Source: a virus
Direction: 5' to 3' (one strand)
DNA: 64,000 nucleotides
IMG/VR virus record: IMGVR_UViG_3300050120_000115
Location: 1 to 64,000 of that record
This document shows, in pieces, positions 7,470 to 13,901 of the stretch. Each line of letters starts with the position of its first letter. The stretch's first letter is position 1. The notes under the pieces are model-generated. The model was not told the DNA's origin. It did not search any database and saw nothing but the letters and a program-made list of their open reading frames with translations. The position numbers and the translations under genes are program-made.

Positions 7470-8136
7470 GTGTTTTATTTAAGTGTCTTCTTATTGCATT
7501 ATCACTAACATTAAGATTTTTCGCAACTTGTGTATAATTACTTTCTGCTATCATTCTCAAAAGATCTTTTTTGCTAGGCCATTCTATCTTTGGTCTTCTT
7601 TCAACACATTTTTTGCAATGACCAGAGATACTATGATTGCTGATTCTTGCACTGCATTTAGAGCATTCTTTGAACTTCTTTGGTTTTTTATTTAACTTCC
7701 ACTGCTTCCTCGTTTTTAAGGAATGACAATTCGGACAGAGAATTTGTAGATTGCTTAAAGTGTTATTATCATGGTCGCCGTCGATATGATCTAAATCAAG
7801 TGGTAATTCCTCACCATCCCATTCTGACGTTTTGCACCGCTCACACTCGTATTTTTTGATCCCCTCTTTTACAAGTCTCAATTTCAGACTATGCGAATCT
7901 ATCTTGCAAAGGTTAAATAAATAATCTTCAATAGGTCTTTTGGGGCCTCTAATTTTTCCCTTAGTTGATCCTTGTCCTAAAAAGTGAGAAAAATCTATAC
8001 CAAAATCTATTGCCCTTCTTTTGATGTGAGCCTGCGATCCAGTCAAGGGTTTAATTCCAAAATGCCTACAAACATCTGACCATGTATAACACGATTCCAC
8101 AACTGGACTAAGATTTTCTTTGGTATACTTATTCAT
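7465..8136 (-). CDS. HNH homing endonuclease 1
   Basis: CERC...LDLDHIDGDHDNNTLSNLQILCPNCHS, Zn ribbon, C-terminal WPS...HTH. Confidence 0.9.
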   Translation of the reverse strand: MNKYTKENLSPVVESCYTWSDVCRHFGIKPLTGSQAHIKRRAIDFGIDFSHFLGQGSTKGKIRGPKRPIEDYLFNLCKIDSHSLKLRLVKEGIKKYECERCKTSEWDGEELPLDLDHIDGDHDNNTLSNLQILCPNCHSLKTRKQWKLNKKPKKFKECSKCSARISNHSISGHCKKCVERRPKIEWPSKKDLLRMIAESNYTQVAKNLNVSDNAIRRHLNKTP

Positions 8137-8142
8137 ATACCT

Positions 8143-8171
8143 ATTATACACTATTCCATTCGAATTGTCAA
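8143..8171 (-). promoter_or_regulatory. leaderless promoter of HNH1
   Basis: TTGACA-N17-TATAAT-N6-ATG. Confidence 0.85.
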
Positions 8172-8183
8172 GTGTTTGAATCG

Positions 8184-8254
8184 AGGCGCAACCCAGAGTC
8201 GAACTGGGATAAAGGGTTTTGCAGACCCCCGCGTGACCATTCTGCCATCGCGCC
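8184..8254 (-). tRNA. tRNA-Cys(GCA)
   Basis: GGGGT-CT GCA AA-ACCCT, U73. Confidence 0.92.
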
Positions 8255-8265
8255 ATAATACATCG

Positions 8266-8345
8266 TACAGGTAGAGGGACTCGGACCCTCACTCCAAAGA
8301 ACTAGTTTCTAAAACTAGCGCGTCTGCCAATTCCGCCACACCTGC
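8266..8345 (-). tRNA. tRNA-Leu(UAG)
   Basis: CTAGT-TT TAG AA-ACTAG, variable arm. Confidence 0.88.
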
Positions 8346-8387
8346 ATGTTTGCCCTCGGGGGTCCGAAAACCATAACCGAAGATACG

Positions 8388-8470
8388 TACAAGTGAAGAG
8401 GGTCGAACTCTTACTCCCTCGCGGGAACCGGGGCTTAAACCCGGCGCGGCTGCCATTTCGCCACACTTGC
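8388..8470 (-). tRNA. tRNA-Leu(UAA)
   Basis: CCGGG-TT TAA GC-CCCGG, variable arm. Confidence 0.88.
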
Positions 8471-8485
8471 AAGTCTTTACTACAG

Positions 8486-8566
8486 TTCGGAAGAGGAGAT
8501 TCGAACTCCTACGTCTTTCGACAAGAGATTTTAAGTCTCCCGTGGCTACCCTTACACCACTTCCGA
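8486..8566 (-). tRNA. tRNA-Leu(UAA), second unrelated copy
   Basis: GGAGA-CT TAA AA-TCTCT, variable arm. Confidence 0.88.
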
Positions 8567-8750
8567 ATGAGGTACTAAACGGTCTTTCGCATGTCACCGT
8601 TTCCTCCGGGAGGGCTGGCTAGACCTAAGGGAATTTCCTGTGATTGCCATTCACTCCCCCGATTTCCCCCGGTATGCAAAATTCTAATGCCTTCGTCGTA
8701 ACCTAAAGTTACGCCCTCTATAGCATTAACGTCTTACACCAAGTACTTCG

Positions 8751-8824
8751 TGGACCAGGAGGAATTCGAATCCTCAACCGTCTCTGTGCAAGAGAGCCGT
8801 TCTGCCAATTGGAACTACAGGCCC
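8751..8824 (-). tRNA. tRNA-Ala(UGC)
   Basis: loop CT TGC AC; G3.U70. Confidence 0.9.
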
Positions 8825-9029
8825 ATGTGGGAACTTTTAAGTCGTACCCAGGACTGGGGGAGCAGTCACCTAAATGAGTGCGTCCCTCCACCAGTGTGCT
8901 TTTTACTTCATCCCAAGAAGCGTTACCGATCATTCCGGGAAGGGGTTTCACCTACATCGAGGGTTAAAGGCCCCCGTTTTAAATGTCCTTTTACCCCGCG
9001 CGCGGAGGACGGCTCTTAAACTACCAGAG

Positions 9030-9102
9030 TGGAGCCGCCTGGATTTGAACCAGGATTCCTTAACGGGGAGCGACCCCGAGTGCATTTCCATTGCACGACC
9101 CC
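9030..9102 (-). tRNA. atypical tRNA-Ala(CGC)
   Basis: GGGGTCG/CGGCTCC-A with G3.U70; CCTGG-TTCAAAT-CCAGG; CGGG-GT CGC TC-CCCG. Confidence 0.55.
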
Positions 9103-9224
9103 AAGGCTCACTGTTGCTGATTCCGCTAAGAATCTTCGTGACTTCCGACTCGAACGGCCTAGGACTCCAATTACACGAAAACAGTGAGTGATCCGGTATG
9201 CAGTTGCAACTACATACTTTCTCG

Positions 9225-9296
9225 TGGAGAATGACGGTAACGATCCGTCTCCTGAGCCATGCCATGGCCCCATGCTTCCTTTATCACTAAATCCCC
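9225..9296 (-). tRNA. tRNA-Ala(GGC)
   Basis: GGGCC-AT GGC AT-GGCTC; G3.U70; T-loop ATCGTTA. Confidence 0.8.
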
Positions 9297-9384
9297 AAGA
9301 TACCACAGCTAGGAAACCCATTCCCTTGAGGGGCATAACCCCTGCATTTACTTCTCCCCGCGCGAGGAAAAGCTAACTGTGCAG

Positions 9385-9457
9385 TGGTCCCAGTCAGGAT
9401 CGAACTGACGCTCTTCCGGGCTTCAACCGGACGCTTAACCAACTAAGCTTCAGAACC
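9385..9457 (-). tRNA. tRNA-Phe(GAA)
   Basis: TCCGG-TT GAA GC-CCGGA. Confidence 0.9.
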
Positions 9458-9561
9458 AAGTGAAGCAATCGGCTGATGAGCACCGTAAAGATCCCGAATC
9501 TGCCAGTTGCCGCCTATCATCAAACCAGCGCATTATAAAGACAGAGAGATCACTCACTTCG

Positions 9562-9632
9562 TACATCCTGACGGTACCGCCCCGCCGCAGGCTGTGTGTA
9601 GGACAGCTGCACTACTATTATGCTAAGGATGC
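9562..9632 (-). tRNA. tRNA-Val(UAC), non-canonical T-loop and C33
   Basis: GCATCCT/AGGATGT; GCTGT-CC TAC AC-ACAGC; T-loop GGCGGTA. Confidence 0.7.
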
Positions 9633-9635
9633 TCG

Positions 9636-10640
9636 TTACTTCTTTATTCTTCTACGGTACCTGGCATGAACCTGACCACGAGATACATCAAGTTTTTTTC
9701 CAGTACCAGCAAATCCGAGTTCTTCAATCATTTTTGATAATTCTATATCTGTGGGCCAGTCTATCGTCTTAGGACCGAAATAGCAAGTTCCACAGAGTCC
9801 GGTTTTTGAGTCCTTTCTCACTATCTTGCCGCAACCAGAACACGTAGGTTTATCCTCCGGCCCAATCCTAGGGCGAGGAGGAGCGGAACTGGCGACCAAC
9901 CCCTCTACCCTAGACTTTAGGTATTTGCGAATTGCATTATCAGTAACGCCCAACTCATCTGCTACACCAGTATATGTTCCCCTCGAAAGCCTTTCCACTA
10001 GTTCTTCGACTGAAGGCCACACTATCTTCGGCTTGGCCATTTGCGTAGCTATGCAATTCCTGCACAACCCAAGTGGGGTTCCCGAGTTAATCTTTCTTCC
10101 ACACTTAGAACAATTGGTTTTTTCATGAATAATTTCACCAAATAGTCCTCTTTTTACTGTAGTCTTTATGTTCTTTTTTGCTGCGTATGTGTCTGTCTGT
10201 GAATGACAATTGGGGCAAAGAAATCGAAGATTCTCGATTCTGTTATCGGTCCCGACTCCATTGATGTGATCCACCTGCAGAACCAATAAACGCTTTTTCC
10301 ATACCGGAGGCAAAGAGCACTTAAAGCATTTATGCTCCACTCCTGACTCTATCAGCGCTCGTCTAATAGAATATACAGATGTCCGACGTGACCCTTCAGG
10401 AAGAAGAACAAGAATTTCTGTGGGAATTTTCTTTCTGCTATCCGATTTATTTCCGTAACGCGGAACCCCCTTCTGAAAGTGATTAATATCAATCCCAGCT
10501 TTGGAAATTCTTTGAGACCAGTGTCGATGACTCGACCCACTGATACTTTTCCCCAACCTACGTATGACATCCGATACATTCGTAGCGTCCTTAACAACGA
10601 CACAAAGTTCTTCATCTGATACTGTTCTTGCTCTAGCCAT
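9636..10640 (-). CDS. HNH homing endonuclease 2 (duplicated Zn-ribbon/HTH tail)
   Basis: CFKC...LQVDHINGVGTDNRIENLRFLCPNCHSQT; two CxxC..CxxC + WP(S/T) modules. Confidence 0.9.
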   Translation of the reverse strand: MARARTVSDEELCVVVKDATNVSDVIRRLGKSISGSSHRHWSQRISKAGIDINHFQKGVPRYGNKSDSRKKIPTEILVLLPEGSRRTSVYSIRRALIESGVEHKCFKCSLPPVWKKRLLVLQVDHINGVGTDNRIENLRFLCPNCHSQTDTYAAKKNIKTTVKRGLFGEIIHEKTNCSKCGRKINSGTPLGLCRNCIATQMAKPKIVWPSVEELVERLSRGTYTGVADELGVTDNAIRKYLKSRVEGLVASSAPPRPRIGPEDKPTCSGCGKIVRKDSKTGLCGTCYFGPKTIDWPTDIELSKMIEELGFAGTGKKLDVSRGQVHARYRRRIKK

Positions 10641-10646
10641 ACCTAC

Positions 10647-10674
10647 AGTATAGCACATTATATGGTAATGTCAA
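10647..10674 (-). promoter_or_regulatory. leaderless promoter of HNH2
   Basis: TTGACA-N16-TATACT-N6-ATG with TGn. Confidence 0.8.
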
Positions 10675-10701
10675 GTCTTTGCCAGTTCGAATCGAACTGA
10701 G

Positions 10702-10776
10702 TGCATCCTGAGAGAATCGAACTCCCGCCTCCGACCTTCGTAGGGTCGCGCACTTTTTCCGCTATGCTAAGAATGC
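10702..10776 (-). tRNA. tRNA-Arg(ACG)
   Basis: CGACC-CT ACG AA-GGTCG. Confidence 0.9.
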
Positions 10777-10934
10777 ATGTGGGCCTTTTAGAGACATGCC
10801 CAGGTACAACCATTATATGGGGTACTTAAACCTTACCACTCCGCCGAAGAGGAGGAGGATAAGGATGATTCATGGGGTGCATAGGAGTAATGAATTCCCA
10901 AGCGCGTTACGGTCATTACTCCGTAACCCCCTCG

Positions 10935-11006
10935 TAGTGGCGAAAGGTAACGATCCTTCTTCTCAGCGTTATCAGCGCCGCGTCTTAACCTCTGGACTAC
11001 ACCACA
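10935..11006 (-). tRNA. tRNA-Ile(GAU)
   Basis: CGGCG-CT GAT AA-CGCTG; T-loop ATCGTTA. Confidence 0.82.
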
Positions 11007-11069
11007 TCGTTTTTCTGCCGCCCCCGCGCGGAAATCGTTCGGATTCATATCTCCGCGCGGAGGACTAGG

Positions 11070-11142
11070 GGTGAGTGAGGAGAATCGAACTCCCGACAAC
11101 AGGGGCCACGACCCTGCGTTCTGCCACTGAACTACATCCACC
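11070..11142 (-). tRNA. tRNA-His(GUG)
   Basis: G-1:C73; CAGGG-TC GTG GC-CCCTG. Confidence 0.88.
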
Positions 11143-11192
11143 ATGTACTCGTCTTTCCGAGCCGTCATTTTTCTTAGAACCGGTACGTATTT

Positions 11193-11221
11193 AGTATAGC
11201 ACACATTCATTAAACTGTCAA
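11193..11221 (-). promoter_or_regulatory. internal tRNA-array promoter
   Basis: TTGACA-N17-TATACT with TGn. Confidence 0.8.
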
Positions 11222-11260
11222 GTCTTTTTTCGCTGGGGGGCAAAAAACGGACCCATGAGG

Positions 11261-11333
11261 CACGGGAGAAGGGAATCGAACCCCTACAACGCTGGTTTTG
11301 GAGACCAACTGGCAGCCAATAAGCCACTCCCAT
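11261..11333 (-). tRNA. tRNA-Trp(CCA)
   Basis: TTGGT-CT CCA AA-ACCAG; G73. Confidence 0.82.
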
Positions 11334-11400
11334 AAAGTCCCGTCTCTCCAGGATGCCACGTTTCTTGGGTCGATCAACTCCCAGGGAAAAACGTCCCTCG

Positions 11401-11472
11401 TTGACTCGCCGGGGGTCGAACCCGAATATCTTAGCTTAAGAGGCTAGCCCATATCCGCTCTGGCACAAGTCA
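11401..11472 (-). tRNA. tRNA-Lys(CUU)
   Basis: CTAGC-CT CTT AA-GCTAA. Confidence 0.82.
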
Positions 11473-11484
11473 TAGTTTACTTCT

Positions 11485-11571
11485 TGGTGGGAAAGGAGGG
11501 ATTTGAACCCCCATCGTATCTTACGTCACACGTTTACAGCGTGCTTGCTTCAGCCGTTTGCATACTCGCCC
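11485..11571 (-). tRNA. tRNA-Tyr(GUA)
   Basis: GCACG-CT GTA AA-CGTGT, variable arm, CCA encoded. Confidence 0.9.
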
Positions 11572-11583
11572 ATTATTACTACG

Positions 11584-11658
11584 CTCCAGTTAGTGGGATC
11601 GAACCACTCTTTATCACGGTTAACAGCCGCGCACATTCGCCCTGATTGTTAAACTGGA
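11584..11658 (-). tRNA. tRNA-Asn(GUU)
   Basis: CGCGG-CT GTT AA-CCGTG; G73. Confidence 0.88.
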
Positions 11659-11664
11659 ATGATT

Positions 11665-12375
11665 TTACTTCTTTACTTCTGGTCCTCTCTTGCGTGGTAC
11701 CCAAACTCCATGTTTTTTTAAGTGTTTTTTCACAGAGTTTCCATTAACTCCTAAACTTTTACCAAGAGCATACACACTCGTTGATTCAAGACTTTCAAGA
11801 AGTTGTTCAATAGAAGGCCATTCTATACTGGTGGGCCTATTAGAACATCCACGACATCTAAGTGTTTTAGAGCCTCTAGTTACTTTAGACCCGCATTTTT
11901 CACACTCCCATTTTTTCTTATTTCTAAAAGTGTCTGTTTGAGAGTGACAATTAGGACAAAGAAAACGAAGATTCTCTATTCTATTATCATTTTTCTCTCC
12001 ATTTATATGATCAATTTCAAGAACTAGTTCTCTTCCATTCCAAGAATTGCCAACCTTACAGTTCATACCAGCACACTTATGTAAAACTCCTACAGAAAAC
12101 ATTGCCTTACGTAGCCTCAAGGTTGAAACTCTTAAATTTTCTTTCGGATGTATCTTTAAAACTTCTGGTAACAACATACTGGGTTTACTTTTTAGATTAT
12201 TTTTCGTGTCAACTCGAACAAAATGACTTGTATCTATCCCTGCAGACCTAGCCCTTGCAGCATAAGAATTGTACATATTACCATGTGGTATTCTTCCAAG
12301 TTTCTTTAGTGTTTCCCCCATAGAAGTAGATGTTAAAACTGCCTCTTTTAGTTCGTTATCTGTTACTCTTTTCAT
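11665..12375 (-). CDS. HNH homing endonuclease 3
   Basis: LEIDHINGEKNDNRIENLRFLCPNCHSQT, Zn ribbon, WPS-HTH; leaderless start. Confidence 0.9.
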   Translation of the reverse strand: MKRVTDNELKEAVLTSTSMGETLKKLGRIPHGNMYNSYAARARSAGIDTSHFVRVDTKNNLKSKPSMLLPEVLKIHPKENLRVSTLRLRKAMFSVGVLHKCAGMNCKVGNSWNGRELVLEIDHINGEKNDNRIENLRFLCPNCHSQTDTFRNKKKWECEKCGSKVTRGSKTLRCRGCSNRPTSIEWPSIEQLLESLESTSVYALGKSLGVNGNSVKKHLKKHGVWVPRKRGPEVKK

Positions 12376-12420
12376 ACCTACACTATACACCCTCTGTCAA
12401 GGGTTTAAGGTGCAAAATAG

Positions 12421-12493
12421 TCCCCCCGGAGAGATTTGAACTCCCACCTTCTGGGTAAAAGCCAGTAACGCTACCAGGTTACGCCACAGAGGG
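12421..12493 (-). tRNA. tRNA-Lys(UUU)
   Basis: ACTGG-CT TTT AC-CCAGA. Confidence 0.85.
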
Positions 12494-12506
12494 TTAAAAT
12501 ACTGCG

Positions 12507-12578
12507 TCTGATTGGGAGGATTCGAACCTCCAGCCCCTCGGTCCCAAACCGAGTGCCATACCATTAGGCCACAACCAG
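12507..12578 (-). tRNA. tRNA-Pro(UGG)
   Basis: CTCGG-TT TGG GA-CCGAG. Confidence 0.9.
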
Positions 12579-12593
12579 TTGATACTACATATT

Positions 12594-12691
12594 TCGAACA
12601 CGGGGGGCGCTCTACCGTTGAGCTACACTAGCCCTCCGGTTTTTACACCATTGGCTAGAGGCTGGATTCGAACCAGCAACCTCCCCCCTCG
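12594..12691 (-). ncRNA. circularly permuted tRNA-like RNA (YrlA/Y-RNA-like or permuted tRNA gene)
   Basis: order GGGGGG-AGGTT-[GCTGG TTCGAAT CCAGC]-CTCTAGCC-19-nt linker-GGCTAGTG-TA-[GCTC AACGGTA GAGC]-G-CCCCCC. Confidence 0.8.
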
Positions 12692-12767
12692 CAGTCCTAA
12701 TGGGATTTGAACCCATGATCTCTACCTTGACGGGGTAGCGCTTTGAACCAAACTAAGCTACAGAACC
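12692..12767 (-). tRNA. tRNA-Asp(GUC)
   Basis: CTACC-CC GTC AA-GGTAG; G73. Confidence 0.88.
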
Positions 12768-12789
12768 ATGCTTTACTTCTTACTACTAG

Positions 12790-12875
12790 AGGAAGCGGTA
12801 GGATTCGAACCCACGGTGGCTCAGCACCACATCAATTTTCAAGATTGCAGCCTTAATCCGCTCGGCCACGCTTCC
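12790..12875 (-). tRNA. tRNA-Ser(UGA)
   Basis: CAAT-CT TGA AA-ATTG, variable arm. Confidence 0.9.
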
Positions 12876-12934
12876 ATGTTGAAGGACCCACGTTGCGTCC
12901 ACTGCCCCCTGTGATCTGGGGATAAAGCCCTTCG

Positions 12935-13006
12935 TACTGTTAAAGGGAATTGAACCCTTCTTACAAGGTTGAGAACCTTGCGTCTTGACCACTAGACGAT
13001 AACAGC
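12935..13006 (-). tRNA. tRNA-Glu(CUC)
   Basis: CAAGG-TT CTC AA-CCTTG. Confidence 0.9.
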
Positions 13007-13092
13007 AAGTACCCTGGGACGCTACCCCCATCCTCCGTATCTCGATCCTTGCGTCCAAGGGTACTTAATACGGCGTGCGCTTACACCACTAG

Positions 13093-13165
13093 CAGTCTGA
13101 CGGAGACTCGAACTCCGGCTACAAGGGTGAAAACCTTGCGTCCTAGGCCACTAGACGACCAGACC
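13093..13165 (-). tRNA. tRNA-Glu(UUC)
   Basis: CAAGG-TT TTC AC-CCTTG. Confidence 0.9.
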
Positions 13166-13236
13166 ATGTGAAGTAATAAGATGGGTTCACTCATCACCCG
13201 TGCCCCACCGAGACCGTGGGTGTACCTATTACTTCG

Positions 13237-13309
13237 AGCCTTAGACAGGATTCGAACCTGCGAGCCTCCTAGTTGGCAACCAGGCGTTCTTCCGCTGAAC
13301 TACTAAGAC
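13237..13309 (-). tRNA. tRNA-Gly(GCC)
   Basis: CCTGG-TT GCC AA-CTAGG; U73. Confidence 0.88.
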
Positions 13310-13320
13310 TTGTTACTTCG

Positions 13321-13391
13321 TCGGGCAAGAGGGAATCGAACCCTCGACACCTACTTGGAAGGAAGGTGTTATACCACTTAACTACAACCCG
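13321..13391 (-). tRNA. tRNA-Gly(UCC)
   Basis: loop CT TCC AA; GAGGG-TTCGATT-CCCTC. Confidence 0.82.
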
Positions 13392-13497
13392 ATAATTTAC
13401 TACGATTACAGTATAGCATAACTTCTGCTACTTTGTGTTACAACTGCATTACAATCTTACTTCGCGGGAAATGGCTCCTAGAACCCGCTTCCCCCCG

Positions 13498-13569
13498 TGC
13501 CAATTGAGAGAATCGAACTCCCGACCCCTCCCATACCAAGGGAGTATTCCACCACTGAACTAAAAAGGC
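13498..13569 (-). tRNA. tRNA-Thr(GGU)
   Basis: CTCCC-TT GGT AT-GGGAG. Confidence 0.88.
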
Positions 13570-13582
13570 ATTAGTACTTCAG

Positions 13583-13653
13583 TTCCCCCGGACGGATTCG
13601 AACCGCCGCCTCCAATTCACGAAATTGGAGTTCTCCCGCTAAACTACAAGGGA
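13583..13653 (-). tRNA. tRNA-Thr(CGU)
   Basis: CCAAT-TT CGT GA-ATTGG. Confidence 0.8.
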
Positions 13654-13658
13654 ATGCG

Positions 13659-13731
13659 TGCCCCACTTCGGGTTTGAACCGAAAGCCGCCTGGTTACAAA
13701 TCAGGTGCACGTCCAATTGTGCTTCCGGGGC
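13659..13731 (-). tRNA. tRNA-Thr(UGU)
   Basis: loop TT TGT AA; GCCCC/GGGGC acceptor. Confidence 0.85.
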
Positions 13732-13819
13732 ATGTAAAACAAAAGAGCGCAAGAACCAATAACTACCTTTCCCTCCCGAAAGATAACTACTGGAACTTGC
13801 GCTCCTCGACCATTATTAG

Positions 13820-13893
13820 TGGCGGTGACTGTGAATCGAACACAGGTCAAAACGTTATGAGCGTTCTCGGAGCACCAGCCCCAGCCTCCCGCT
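13820..13893 (-). tRNA. tRNA-Met(CAU), irregular acceptor/D arms (possibly initiator-type)
   Basis: GAACG-CT CAT AA-CGTTT; CTGTG-TTCGATT-CACAG. Confidence 0.7.
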
Positions 13894-13901
13894 ACGGGCT
13901 A

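Noticed and set aside
8388-8566. Group I intron in tRNA-Leu(UAA)
   Set aside because: Both copies are contiguous with 7-nt anticodon loops
8826-9190. tmRNA (ssrA) suggested by GGGG...TTCAAAT...CTCCA ends
   Set aside because: The 5' and 3' acceptor strands are only 73 nt apart and no tag reading frame is evident; treated as an atypical tRNA-Ala
9470-9530. Hammerhead ribozyme suggested by CTGATGAG
   Set aside because: No stem II closed by GAAA; the motif is antisense to the array transcript and pairs with TCATCA in a plain hairpin
8289-9669. ORF-track ORFs overlapping tRNAs (also 10833-11333, 12786-13058 and the 5' extension of 7465-8292)
   Set aside because: They are translations of tRNA or structured RNA sequence with no protein motifs
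6206-13893. Suppressor tRNA or stop-codon recoding
   Set aside because: No CUA, UUA or UCA anticodon found (UAG and UAA anticodons are Leu); core genes end normally in TAG, TAA or TGA
6950-13900. Theta (HDV-like) ribozymes at tRNA 3' ends
   Set aside because: I found no P1-P2-P3/L3-P1'-P4-P2' arrangement with a catalytic C by eye; a motif search is needed to exclude them fully
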